Positions 1-13,309 of a stretch of 35,007 nt of DNA are shown here, piece after piece (position 1 is the stretch's first letter; the number at the start of each line of letters is the position of its first letter). The notes under the pieces are model-generated. The model saw only the letters and a program-made list of their open reading frames with translations. It did not search any database and had not been told where the DNA came from. A program made the translations under genes and the position numbers. This DNA is from Perkinsus olseni (lineage: Eukaryota): the NCBI GenBank assembly GCA_013115125.1, contig JABANN010000363.1:1-35007 (forward strand), read 5' to 3'.

Positions 1-850
1 GCTCGGGACATACTCAGGACCAACCAACCGAGTAGAGGAGCACCGGTAGTAGGCAATCTGCACCCACAACACAACTTTCCTGCGTTGCAGTCGAAACGTA
101 CGTGCGATTCTGTGTCAAGCCTGGTCCTGGATGGATGATGATGCTGTATCATAGTAACTATCCCAAATTGGGATTCCCAATGCGCCGTAATACGGAGTCC
201 GTTTAACACCTTTGGTTCGTTTAGGGTGTACTCCGTTTAAGACAATCTACGGGGTTCAATCTAATCTTACAAGCCATTTTACAGTTATCATATTCTTGTG
301 TATCTTTGAGTCAATGGGTTTATCACTGGCAATAAGCATTAACAACAACAGACAGGTGGCAGCTCTATTGTGACCATCACTGGTGGATGGACAACCATCT
401 CGGGACCAATATCGAGCGGCTCCCAATACTTCTTGACTGTCTCTTCCCAAGCGGCTGCTGCCCTCTCGTGTGGCCTCCCTGTGATGTAAATGTTAAGTTC
501 ATGTCAATACCTTCCCTTGTCGGAGGAGAAGGCCAGAATACTATCCTCCCCACTTCCTTCGGTTCGCGGTGTTCCTCTAATCCACGGTAAATGATACGAT
601 ATTTCTTGGAGTCGTAACGACTCAGTCGTTGGTTCCCGGCAATGATATCGCGACAGCGAGGACCCCATGGGCGTGAGTGACTCACGCCGGTCCTGGGCGT
701 GAGTCACAACTTGCTCACGGTGAGTCACAACCTTCGAAGCCTTCTAAGCTTCTCATCCCTAGACACCACAACATCCCTCGTCTACGGCAGGATCCATCCC
801 GAATTCTTGCAGCTCGGCGTACTCAACACTATCGAGCGGGCACAACATAA
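1..850 (-). CDS. 5' part of a spliced gene of unknown product, running off the left edge
   Basis: GT-AG intron-like segments on the minus strand separate short coding-like pieces (DSVEYAELQEFGMDPA; AWEETVKKYWEPLDIGPEMVVHPP). A full frame could not be reconstructed. Confidence 0.35.
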
Positions 851-901
851 CCGCACAACAGTAACATGAGTGATTTGGTAAAAGTAATACCGCACAAGAT
901 T

Positions 902-3900
902 CTAGCCCTCCGGCTGTATCGTAATGAAAGTGGCGCTACTGGCTGGCACGATGTCCTCCTTCCCCGAGTCACCGTCGCTGCCGAGGTCGGTCGTAAGCTC
1001 GCCAGCCGTAGTGTCCATTGATACGATTTCCCCTCTCCTCTTCGGGCCCTTGATGTTCATCTTGAAACCACCTCCCCGGGAGTCAACCAAACGTGGCATC
1101 TCCCGTTCTGTTGTGACTGAGGGCGGCGCTTGTTGAGCCAACATATCCTTCCGTAGGTCATCGAAGACACCACTGCCCAGTGCAAGCGGCTCGATAACGG
1201 CTCTGACGTAGTGTCGTTGCAGCGGTCTGGTGTGCTTGAAAGACATCATCCCCTTCCTAGGTAGCCTCAAGCCGAGCGCATGCCCTATCAGTGCATCCCG
1301 TGTAAGACGACCAGAGCCGTGCATTCTAGAATGGAGAAAGTCTCGTCATAGCAGAGTAGTGGCTACCTACAGAATCGTCCGGACAACCTCGGCGACCTCC
1401 TCGGCTGAGTGTCTATAGACTGCCCGGAGACCGAGCTGCTGCTCTCGTCTGCCCGGCCATTTGACATCTGAGAATTTCCGGTGGGGTTGAAGGGCAAAAA
1501 AGGAGGGCTTACTGAGCGCTCCGTTCAGGAAGGATACGAAGTCCTCAACAAGACGTCTGCCGTCTATCCCCGACTCGGCCGGTAGGGGTGACGTGTTCCA
1601 ATCAGTGTCCTGAAGTGGACCGGTCAGAGCCAAAAGCGATGCTGGAAGATGCCGACCTTCATATGGTTGAGTCGGGCATGTTGGTACTGCAGCAGGTTGA
1701 GCTTCAACCAGCTGATGAGCTCCTCTGCGAAGTCGCCCAGCACTTGAGGAAGATGATCCGTGTGGGCCAACTGGTATCCAAACTTCACCGGGCCTGCCTC
1801 CTGACCATCCCCCGGGTGCTCCAAGTCAATCTGAAGGGTTTCGAAATTGAGTCTTCACAACGGTCTCAAGCAGCACCTTCTGTCGAGTGAGCATGCCGAA
1901 GCATCGGAAGCTGCCAGGCGTTTGGGTGTAGTGGGTAGTCACTTCTGGTCGGACCCTTATCTGGACTCTAGCTCGACCTGATCAGTTCTCATCTCATCGT
2001 TCGGCGTGGCCACTCGTCTCACCTGCAGCCTGGAGGACCTCCAATAGCCGACCAAAATACACTCGGAGTTGGTGCGACATCTGGTCCATAGCAACCTCGA
2101 TAGCGGTATCGGAGGGGTGCGTTTGGCACGCTGAGTCGACACATTCCACCGATGGAACCTGAAGAGGTAGCTGATGGGTGCCGCTGCTAATCCTTCCGTC
2201 TACCGCCTCTGCCGGTCTCTTCAGGCTCCGGCTACTCCCCGAGTGGAATATATCCCGGAGGCTTTCAACGTCGACAACGCCAGGGTCCTGACTCCTAAGG
2301 GAAGGTGGGTAGCTCGGCAGGTCTAGGTGGGAGATCTAGCGGTACCCCTGTGAGCCTGTTGACCGCTGCTGGGCTAGCATGGTGGTAGCCCTCCTCGCCT
2401 TAGCGATGGCAGCCTGGCGCATCTACAGCGAGGATGCCACCAACGCCCAAGAGCTCGACCCACTTGGATAGCTCGAGTCCCAGGCTCGCCGTGCGCTGCA
2501 GCAGTAGTTCGTCCTGTTTCCGACGACCCGCCTGCAGTGCCTCGAGGTAGTATCGTCACCCTGCAGCAGAATGAGCGTGAGTGTTGGGTGGCAAGACCTC
2601 ACCGTTGCCCGCATGATCTTGATGGCAAGAGCAGCGTCTCCAGGGCTTTCGAGGTCCTCGCTACTTCAACGTCCGAGTCGACCTCGTCACCCCGCAGGAC
2701 TTCCTCATCTCCCTGAGAGCCGAGCGATGAGTCTCGAATACTTCCAGAGTGGTTTTAACCGTTCTCTGCACTGATCGACATACTTCACCATCGACAGGGC
2801 TGACCTCTCCCCCCGCGTGATGGGCATCGCTCGCTCCGAATGACCACGACGAGGAGGAGGAGCTCCTCACAGTCGCTTCGAATCGGCGTGGTTGCTGCGG
2901 TACCTGATGTGGCGGATCGCCGTTGAGCCGACCCCTCCCAATACCAACCTTCGGAGGGTCTTCGGAGGCCTTGGCTCCAGACTCGGAAGAGCTGCCGCTG
3001 GTTAGACCGGAATATTCAGAACTCTCCTCCTTCCCTTCGTCCGACAGGCCAGCTTCCGTCACCACCTGACGAATACTCCGCTGCGAGCGGCTATCGGAAG
3101 TGCAGCAGCCCCGACGCACCCGTACTGGCTCCGGCCGAGGGACCGCTGCCGTGGGCTCCTCGGTTCGCGCTTTCTGAGAGAACAGAGGTGCGAAAGAAGG
3201 GTGGGCATCGTCTCCTACACCAGCAGGGACGAGCCTTCGTGTCCTCCACTTCCCTCGGCCTCTCGCTCCCTCCTTAACCGAATGGCGCTCTGCTGATAAG
3301 CCCTCGAGAGGAGGGCCCTCAGATACACCTGCAATGACGGCGAAGAGACGAGGACGATCCGAAGTTTCTAGCTTCACCACCTTCATGAGCCTGGGAGGTC
3401 TTTCGAGCTCTCTGAGCCGCTCCCGCCTCCCCAGTGGTGTGTCCCTAAGGCAACAGCGGCGGAGGCGGTCGGCTCTCGAGGGCGTATCGTAGCAGTGCTC
3501 ACCGCCGCATGCAACTGCTTAGCTCTCGCGGTCATTGACCCGTCCCTAGGCTCCGAAGAGGGAGTCGACGCCTGTATCCTGCCGGACGGACCTGAGTTAG
3601 GGGAAATGCGGTATTCGGAAAACTGTCAATCTGACCTACCTGGCTGGCTATCCGCGATTGGGGGCGACGGTTGCCTTCTTGCAGCAGAGGAATCGTCGGA
3701 TGCAAAGCGTGCTCCCAGTAGCGGCTGTTCCTGTGGCCGGAGAGACGACCCTGCATGCCCATCCTCCTCCCCACTCGACCCAGTGCCCGCTATCTTCACT
3801 GTCTTCCGCAGGAGAGTTGACGAAGGCTTGTACCTTAACAGGGCCTGCTGCAGCCAGGATCGATCCGCCCGCTCAGGGCTCTGGGAGAGGGAGGAACTCC

Positions 3901-6900
3901 ATCGCTAGAAGCTCCATCAGAGCGCGTAACGGGCTCGGTACCTCTCTTGCGAGATCCTTCCTCTCTGCTGGGCCTGGTCCTCATCCTCCGATATGAGCCT
4001 GAGTCTTGACATATCCACTAAGAGATGATCAGGAGCCTACTTGTTAAGGGAAATCTTCTTCAACGTCTTCGGAGACTCAAAACCCTGCGTGGCTTGCCGG
4101 AGGAGCTTCTTTATCTCCTCTTTCGTCTCAGCCTCCTCTCGACTGTGCCTCTCCGCAGCTGCTGTCTGTGCCGACTGGACTGTTTGTAGGCTGCAACGAC
4201 CGTATCCAGAGAGGAAGGCAAGGCCCCGGCTTACGCTTCGTTCTGGACTTTCAGCTCATTGAGCTCTCGAGTTAACTCCTCCACCCGCTCGTCTCGTCCT
4301 TCTGAGCCCCTCGAAGAAATTGACATTTTTTTCGCGCTTTTCGGATCCTCTCTGAAAATCACAGCGGTGGCGAAGGGAACCTCATCCGTCGGCAGCCATG
4401 GTCGACCTAAGATCCTTGACTTCCTGTCGCAGTCTTTCAAGCTCCATGAGCATCCTCGAGTCTCGTCGCTGGTCCAAGCTGCCACGCTCTCCAATACCCG
4501 ACATCCTCCTCTCCCTCTCTCGGGCTCCGGCGTCCTCCCTGACCGGAATGGCTTGGTCCTCCCTCCGCCCCGTGGGGATCCTCACCAGAAAGCATCCCTG
4601 GACTGGGGGTTGAGCTCCTGAACTAGCCTGTTCGTCAGCTCAACCTTCTTCACCGATGCCTGCCGGGTCTGGAAACGACACTCACGGGACCCTCTAAGAG
4701 AAGGCTCCCTCTACCTGTGGAAGTTCACGCTTGGCCACTGTCCTTAGCGGCCCTCCTCTGCCGTCCGAGATGCCCCCACTTTCAGAGGATGAGATGCTCA
4801 GGGAGGATGAGGAGGAGGAGGGTGGGGAGGGGGAGGACGAGGAAGTCATACCCGTCATCTGTTGAGTGATGGAATACTCGAGGATCTCGGCTATGGCTTA
4901 TCACCTCCATCTTCTCGCCGTACTGTGCTGCTCGATCTTGCTCGAGTACCGTTAGGACCTGCCCGGATCAAGCTCCCTCTACCTCCCTCGCCACGGTCAC
5001 TCGCCTCAGCCTTCAGCTCTTCATATACTTCCTTCACACCATCCTCAGCAGCAACAGCCTCAATACCCGCTATGACCTATAAGACGAAGTAGGATAGAAT
5101 GGGCCCATCCATCCACGCGACGTCCCTACGGCCTGTTCTTCCGCGAGGGCAGCGGCAAAGTCAAAGTCCGTCCAGTCAAGAGCCTGAGCCTTCCACGCGT
5201 CTCCTGTCACCGCACAAGAGTTCCCAGCCATCTCAAAGGGCGTCACGACTCACCTATTCTCCTCATGGCATGTCGTCTATTGGCCAGCTCGGCAGCGTCC
5301 CTCTCTACTTCGTCGGAAAGTTGAACCATCTTCTCGCGCGCCTCGGTCGCTCGTCTAACAAGGATACCGCCGAATTCTCAGCCATCGTCGAAAGATCTCA
5401 CTCCGCAACCGCCAGAGCAAAAGCCTCGTCCGTCTGCATGGTGTTGATAACAGCCGCCTTCGCCGCCTCGACTTCCGCACTGCGCAGCTGGCTGACCTCC
5501 CCTCCCAGTGCCTGCTCGGACGCTCAGCAGCCTCGCTCTTATTGCTGACTCCTACAGCGACTTTGCGCAGCTCCATGTCGTAGGCGTTCTTATAGATAAG
5601 GCAGGTATCGTTGGTTTGGATCCACGCCTCCCGTATTTTCCGCAACTCATAGTCCTTGAGTTCAATATCGAACTTCATACCCTCCATCTGCTTCTCGAGC
5701 GACCTGTCAAAGGGGCTCAATCGTCCACCTTCGGGGATGATGAGGATAGCCTCACTTATGCTTGTCCTTGAGGAACTCCACTTCCATTGCGGCCATCGTC
5801 GCACTTGGCCGCCGAGACTGGTGAAGGACATCATTGGCTCTGTTTTTGGGATCCTATCAGGCAACCAGTGGTGAGTGAAGACCCCGACTAACAACACCGC
5901 AAGGAGTAAGAGCATTCACCTCCTGAGCTCGGAGCGCTGTTTGCCAGGTGATAGCCCGTGCGTGGACGTAGTCTGTGAGACGCCCATATTTACTGCCAAA
6001 GTCCGTCCGATCAAAGAGCGTCTGAAGGGTGTCCAGTGAGAATTATTGTTACTGCGGCATACAACTCTAACATCGTCATCATCTTCTCCTTCTGAGGAGC
6101 TTGGTTCCGACAGCGTTTGAAGGTCTCCAGTGGGCCCGGCTTTGTGCGGCTCTGACGACACTCGAGCTTTTGAAAAGCGCGACGAGAAGGGAAGGCCTAC
6201 TCTTCCTCAGACGCCCTGTTCGCGTACGGGAATGCCGTGCAGCGGACTTGTTGGTGTCCATGACCTGTTCGATCTCGCGTGCCCCATGTACCTTGGACGG
6301 GGTACGATCGGAGTGCTCCACGGCACTTGCCTCGCTTACCGAGTGAGTCCTTATCACAGACCTCCACATGATGCAGCGTTCCCGCTTCAACCTAGCATTG
6401 TAGGAAGTCGCGCTTTGCACCTGCAGGTTACTCTTGCTCGACACAAAAAATAAGATTCGCTCCAATAGATCTCAGGGCTAGTCTCACTGGCATCCTCCGG
6501 AGCAGATGAGCTGCCCCGAGGATGACGTGGGAGCGAGTGGCCCGAGCTATCTATCTCGCCGTGAGTGGAGGGATCGTCGAATCGTCGAATACTTCTGGAA
6601 ACAACAGTCTAGGCGATGTGCACCGACCTCGAGCTCCTGAAGCTTCCTGAGCCACTCTGCCTCCGACTCCCCCTTCATTCTGCTCTTCAGCTTGCCGATG
6701 ACTCGGGCAATCAACCGGGAGACGTCCACAGGGGAGTCGAACGAGGCTCTGTGCTTCAACTGAAGTAACAAGGATGAGAAGGAGGGGGCAAATTGACTAC
6801 CGTAAAAATCTGCACTAACTACACAACACAATCGAGCTGTGCTCATACGAGCGCTACGCATTTTCAACCCCTTCCCTCAACTACTCTACTCTCTATCTGC

Positions 6901-9900
6901 TCTATCTCGTTCACTATGGGCCCAACCTACTTATGTTGTGTTCTACAACTATATCGACTACAACGAGATAGTGCAACTACAACGAGATAGTGCAGCTCAC
7001 CTCATCGACTATCTCCGGGAGATCCAGAGCCGCACAGATGTCCCGCAGCATCTTCACTTGTCCTCCGCTGATATCTTGCTTGTCTACCGATTCATCAACA
7101 GCACCTGGATGACGACCGTCGCGGCTCGGCTCGGCTCGACTGGCCGAGCTGACTCGTGTGTGCCCTGGATAAGGTCCTCCCTCTCCCCATCACTTTCATA
7201 CTAGGGTCAGCAGCTTCGTGGGCGTAGCGAAGCTGTGACCGGGTCTGCACAGAACGAGTGCCAACCAAAACACGATCATTCCCTTACCTGCTTCAAGGAG
7301 TCCGCGAGCTCCTTACGCTCACTCTTCAACTCACTGAGACGCTGCCTGAAGGAAATCGCCGATGCCCGCCACAGTAACAGGCGACTCGAACGTCGAAGCC
7401 AACCCGAAGATACTCACTCCTGCGACGCCATCTTCTCCTGTAGCTTTTGGATCTCATCATCCTGGACGGAAATCCTCCGCTCACGCTCAGCCAGGATACT
7501 CTTTTTCCGAGCGGAGTCATCCGCGTACCTGTCGATCAGCTGAGCTGATGAGAAGCTATGGGCGGAGCAGGAGCAGGTCACTTCGAGCGCTCTTGTGCCT
7601 GCGCCTCCTGAGCCCGCCGCAGATCAACGGCACTTGACTCCGAGGAGCGCCTCTCCTGAACACAAGAGGGGCTCGCGGGTTGAGTATTCTCGCTGCGACA
7701 AATAAGTAGTGAAAGAAATAATTTCACACTTGTCACTACTTGTCACTTGTCACTACTTGTCGCTGTGACAAGTAGTGAAAGAAATAATTTCGGCACGTAC
7801 GCAGATCAGGTACGCAGGAACCATTGAGAATCCGCAGTACCGAATCGAATGAAAGAATCAATGGTACTACTCGCTCGAATGCAGCCTCAGCCTTCTTCAA
7901 TCTCTCGTCCACCTCCGCCAGTTTGGCATCCTTTTCTCTCGTTTGCTGCTTCAACACGTTAAGTTCGTGCGTGCGCGCGGCAAGGTCGGTCTGCGGGGGC
8001 ATTCTCAGGCCGCCTCTCATCACGGTGATACCTCAAGTTTGGTGAGCTTAGCGGTCATGCTGTCTCTCTCGGCCTGTACCTCCTCCTGCGACTTCACTCG
8101 CTCCGCCAGTCGCCTCTGGAGGACCTGAGGACGGCGACGACCCATTCAGTCCGCCAGAGCCACTTGAATTTGACGAGACAACAATCACCACTGTGTCCCT
8201 CTTGCAGCATACCTGGTTGGCAGTAGTGAGGACCGAGATCTCTTGCTTCAACTCATCCGCCTTTGTGAACCTCATAGGCTTGGGCTTGATACCCGTGGCG
8301 GCAGCACAGGCCTCATCCTCCTCATTGATCTCCTGAGTACCACTATCAGTTACTTCTGCGGCCCCGAGCGGAAGGGCACGCTGGTCACCTTGATGAGAGC
8401 ATTGAACTCCTTCGCACATTCACTGAGTACTCTTTCCACTATGGCTAGGTCCGTGTTGGGGTCCTCTGAGAGAAAAGGCCGCTACTGCTGGGCTACTAAG
8501 GGAAGTCTTGCTCCGTACGACAATATGAAGCACCAGTCGAGGTTAACGGCAGCAACTCGGCGATGACTCCAAGATCGTCAGACAGTCGCGTATCCCACAG
8601 CTTACGTCTTGCCTGGACCGCCCGAACACTTCCTCGACGACCCCGGTTTCCTCCACTGTTCGCACTCGCTGCTGCTATACTTTGCCGTCGCTGATTTCCG
8701 GAGCCATCCAAAGCTCCAAGCGAGAGCACCATTGACTTACGGCAGTTGCCGGCACGAGGACCTTGCTGTTCTTCTCGGCCAACGCGATCCCTTGAAGAAG
8801 CCTCGTCTTGGCCTGTGCAACGAGGTCGCCATACCTGCGCGAGCTGTATCGGACGGCACTAGTGTGGCTGCATCGGCTCACAGTCGACATTGACGTTTGA
8901 GCTTGAGGAAGCTAGCCTGGACCTGAGCGCATGCGAGGCCTCAACAACCGTAGAGAGGACGGGAGTCTCTAACCTTATCGAGCTCGCTTTGGCTCACAGC
9001 CACAATCTCGCCATCTTCGGGAGCACCACCTTCGCTGAGGATCCTGAAAGCAGGGGATCCGCCAGGCATTCCATCGGCTGGCATGAAGCTACTCTGAAGC
9101 AGCAGCGGCATTGCTGCTCGCCCTGAGCTCGACCAAGAGGCTCTGGAGGGAGATGATACCTGCAGAGCCGCTGATGACCAGCATACATACTAGGTGCAGC
9201 ACTCACTCAAGGCAGAGGCACCGCCAACCGCCTGACCTCTACTCAGCTTGGTCACTTGGGTCTCCAAGTGCTGGACTTTCATAACCAAGACATGGTTCCT
9301 GTCACTTAGCTCTTCAACTTGTGTCCGGAAGGCTAAGCAAGGAGGAGGAGGGGGCTGTAGTACGGCGTATGAGGGGCTCGCCACAGGGTAGGCATAGCAC
9401 TGCGGAGCCCAGCATCTCGAACGTCCGCTAAGACGATAGCTAGAGAGCGAGAGTTGAGCGAGTTGGCCAGGCATGGCCGGGAAGCTGACCTTGCCTATGC
9501 CCTTGTTGTTGTACTTACTGCGATTCTCCAACAGGAGTGTCTTTATCTTGAGCTCGAAGCGACTCCTCTCGACATTGAAGAGGCCCTTCATCTCCTCCTC
9601 CTTCTGTCTCAGCAACTGCCTCGTCTCCTCCTCCATGTATATGTCACCATCGAAGATGTTAACCTGAGGGCGGCGGGAAGCCCCACAGCGGTGTAGTGGC
9701 CGGTGGATCAGGAAGTGGTACATCGGTATCGGACTTGGAGACCTTCCTGATGAACTCATCAACTTCCTTGGTGCTGCGCAGGAGTCGCTGGGCACTGCTA
9801 CCGGAACCTGAAAATGGCTCGATCGCCGGGAGAAACGACTCCCACCCTCGCCCTCCTCCCACCTTCCCTGAATCTCATGTGGTCCTCAACCTCAACCAAC

Positions 9901-11186
9901 AGACCTTTAAGCTTAGTACGCAGAAGATGGAGGTCCCTCTGGTAGGCCATCCGCAAGTGCCTGCCGCGACACCTCCTCATCACCCTAGTGGTCTTATCGC
10001 TTCGTCGATCCAAGCCGTATCGATCACCGCTCCGTCAGCCTACCGGAAGCTGAGGGCCTGGTTGGTCAGCCTCCAGAGTGTGTCCTCTAGCTTGCCCTGC
10101 AGGGCCTCGTGACTCCGAACACACGTGTCAAGCTGGACCGAGAGGAGCCTTGATTTGAAGACCTCCGTCTCCAGACTGGTGCCGGCCGGCGGAAGAGTGT
10201 CCAACGACCGATCGATGATGACCTGCAAGAACATGTTGGCTGAGCCGTACTGCGCCGGCCACCCTACTTTAGAGTAGTCCTCTAATCTCCCTAGCATCGC
10301 GTTGAGGGCCGCCTTAATGCTCTTCACGGTGGCCTGCTCGATCTCCGGGTTGTCGCCGAGATTGTTGAGAGCTGTGGTATAAACAGTGTACCTTGTCCGA
10401 GTAGACCTTGGGGACTTTGCAGTGGACACAGCGGTCACTTCAAAAGGCGATTGAGCTCGTCCTTGCAGAGGGTTGAGAGATCCTCAAAGTGCCGCTTCAG
10501 TTCACCATGGAACATCCTGTCGGCCGGCAGACCCGGGCCGCGCTGGTCCAGCTTCTGAGGAGGACCAACTCCGTTCAACCCAGCAGCAGCAGCAGCAGCA
10601 GCGAGGCGTTTTGAGTCGACTCACCAGTTGCGTCGTCATAGCGTCCTTAACGGTCATCTTCATCCTCACTGCTGTCCACAGCTTCTCACCCGGGTCCACA
10701 GGCCTACGAACCAAGCACACTGAAGACCCAACAGAGGTTCCTCCTTCAACCCACGGTGGTGGAGGAGGCAGCGGCATGCGGAACTTCATGTCCTTCTCCT
10801 CAGTCTCGATGCCTGCACTGCGGGCGGCGATCCTCGTAGCCTGTCGACGCAAGTCCCGGACCTCTCGGCTACAGTAGCCTCACTTGGCACTTCCCTTCAT
10901 CGAGCGTCCGTATGCTCTTCTCGGTCTCCCCTTCCAAGGTGAACGCTCCATGCTTGATAGCCATCCTAGCAACCGTCATCAGAGTGCATTGCGACTGTGC
11001 AGGAGCTGGTGCGCGGGAGCCGAGTACTCACTTCCTCGCAGCTGTGCTGCTAGCGTAGACGGCACCTTCCACGTTAAACATTCTCGGAGTGGTGGACATG
11101 CGGTGCTTGCTGTTGTTGCCCCTCGGAGTCCTCCTCTCTATGGACAGCTTTCGAGGTTCATGCGGCGATGCTCTGTCAGTTCCCAT
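902..11186 (-). CDS. Very large multi-exon coiled-coil protein of unknown function (could be two genes)
   Basis: ATG at 11186 (MGTDRASPHEPRKLSIERR). Many short GT-AG introns separate E/K/R/Q/L-rich exons (EEETRQLLRQKEEEMKGLFNVERSRFELKIK; ELNVLKQQTREKDAKLAEVDERLKKAEAAFER; SLEKQMEGMKFDIELKDYELRKIRE; RVEELTRELNELKVQNE). Splicing near 2.0 kb and 1.35 kb joins in frame to the ORF ending at 902. Not every junction was verified. Confidence 0.6.
10581..10602. repeat. (CAG)7 microsatellite in an intron
   Basis: Seen directly; lies within a minus-strand GTGAG...CAG intron. Confidence 0.9.
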
Positions 11187-11463
11187 GGTGGAGACTGTCC
11201 ATGTTGTTGCCTTCAGGCAATGAAAAGGCGACTGCTGCTCAGAGATCGACAACACGCCCCGACCCCATTGAGAAACCATGCGAGAGGGGACTATCCCTCC
11301 AGTTAGAGCGATGGACTGATGTGTGAAACCCGAGGGAGCCCGCCGTTATTGATGACGCAATGGAGGGATGACAGTAAGGACAGCTACATCAGGCGAGGGA
11401 GAGGGGTACATCATGTGATACGACGTTGATAGAGGACAAGGAGGAGGGTAAACCACCGCAAGG

Positions 11464-12910
11464 TCATATTTGTTTCGTTCGATTAGCACCGACATGGACA
11501 CGCAGAGCTTGGCGGTTCTTCACTAGTCGACGGCGCCATTTGTCCCCGAGGTAACTACGAAAGAATGACGCTTCTTACTCGGCAGGGGAGATGTGCGCTT
11601 ACTCGAGTATGTCCTCCCCGCAGCCGCAGTCCACACAGATGAGCATGGAGAAGAATATGATGATAGTTATACCAATTAAAGCCAACTGACGAAGGACGAG
11701 GAGAGGCTGAGGTCAGTGTGCACCGACCCTGTCCCACCAGTATCCCAGCCAGAGGGTAAGGGGCTTCCTGGACTGCTTTGTGTTGGTGGAAGCGTGCTCC
11801 ACAGGAGAGCATGGAGCAATGGGACCGGTACAGAGTTGCTGAGGGAAGCGGGGAGTCGAGCGCTGCTGGTTCTTCCTAGAAGAGCGGAGAAGGGCCGCCT
11901 CGTCAGCGATCGAGCGTACCATAGGCCATCCTGTGGTCCCTGTGCGGGCTGTGCGGATCATAGCAAGACTCGACGGCCAAGGAGCACTTCTCCTTTAGCG
12001 CGGCCAACTCGTTCTCATCGCAGCTGCTCCAAACGTGAGACGAGTACTCTGGCGGCGGCCGGGGTTCTGAGGAGGTGGAACAGCACTTACTCTGCACCCC
12101 GAGTGAGCGCTCTCCTCCCAATCTGCTGGTGGCTACCGGAGATCAGGGAAGTCCCATGGCAGACGCTGAAGATGCCGCAGTAGTCAGCAAGGCACACTCC
12201 ATCTGACGAAGGCATCACCAGGCAAGGAAAGCGGGGCTGGCTCATCAGCACCTTCATTCGCAATATCCATATGCTTGCTCTCCATGTGTAGGTCCAAGTA
12301 ATGCTCACTCTTGAAGACCTTGCCGCAGATGCCGCACTGCCAAGTAGCGGCATCTGCTCAGTTAGGGACTGCAGCTAGGGCAGGTCTGAGCGGACCTACT
12401 CTGCTTGGCTCTGTTCCAAGCCTTGGCCTGCTCGTGAGGACTCCAGATGTCATTCCCAGGCGAGAGGACGCATGTCGGGAGGGGCTCTGGGAGGCCAGGC
12501 AGGACGCTGCGGTCGAGGATCTTCCGAACCGTACGACCTGAGCCACGCCAGGAAACTCCATCCGGGACTCTTCCCTGATATTCCCTCCACGAGAGTCATT
12601 ATACACGGATGTCATCATCTCAGCATGCTTCGGGCTGAGACTCTGCTTTGAGTTTCGGCACCACGGTCTCGAGTAGATTACGATGATGATGAGCCCTTCA
12701 GCCTAGAATGTTCCCCAGCAGTAATGTGTGTGTGAGCGAGGCTATGAGGCGAACACTTCGTTGGGGCCTTGCGGAGCAGGCGTCGTTGTGCGAGGTTCCC
12801 ACTCACGAAATTTTCGCGCAATTAAGAATAGTTTGTTCCGGAGTTCGTAAACAGCGAAGGACTCACTTATCCCCCTATTGCATCGATGCTGGAAGGTGTA
12901 GGAGTAACCT
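11464..12910 (-). CDS. C2H2 zinc-finger, Cys-rich single-pass membrane protein (multi-exon; 5' end uncertain)
   Basis: Exons LPTCVLSPGNDIWSPHEQAK; WQCGICGKVFKSEHYLDLHMERKH (C2H2); GVCLADYCGIFSVC; CDENELAALKEKCSLAVESCY; TM segment LALIGITIIIFFSMLICV; last exon DYLGDKWRRRLVKNRQ...KQI* with stop at 11464-11466. Confidence 0.75.
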
Positions 12911-13309
12911 CTAGGATGTGACATACACTAGGAAGACAGGACGACTACCATCCCACGCTACTTCGATAGCGTATTCACAACACGACAAAGGGCCGGTTAT
13001 TGAGGACGACGCCTTACGATGGACACTGAGCATAGCTGGGCGGGCTCAGCACTGACTGCGTCAACGGTGTTTTACTCAATAACGATGGTCAGTGGCTGAA
13101 GGAGGGCGGAGGCCCATCAACTACGTCCTCTCAGTGGTAATGCTACTGATAGTGTAATAAGGTGGTATCTGGTATATCATGCAAAATTGGAACATCCATG
13201 ATGTCAAGTTGCAGCTGTCTCTCAAACAGAGACGAAAAACCGAAGGAGTGGTATTGGTGATGATGGCTCCTCCTCATTCTGTATTAGTCACGCTTCAACC
13301 TTGGATACC

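Noticed and set aside
380-460. PrmA-like motif WEETVKKYWEPLDIGPEMVVHPP
   Set aside because: No PGxAFGTG follows in any frame I could assemble.
902-2150. LTR-retrotransposon integrase/RNase H remnant (QHARLNH; PKRRGEIVSMD; SDAS)
   Set aside because: The segments join in frame through canonical ~45-nt introns into the host gene, and no CxxC or DDE follows.
5060-5130. Gypsy GPY/F-like motif WMGPF
   Set aside because: Lies inside a 53-nt GT-AG intron.
3495-5548. Plus-strand ORFs of 100-150 aa in the ORF track
   Set aside because: Ser/Leu/Phe-rich antisense shadows of the minus-strand coiled-coil exons.
12575-12640. Intronic box C/D snoRNA (ATGATGA on minus)
   Set aside because: No downstream D box within the presumed intron.
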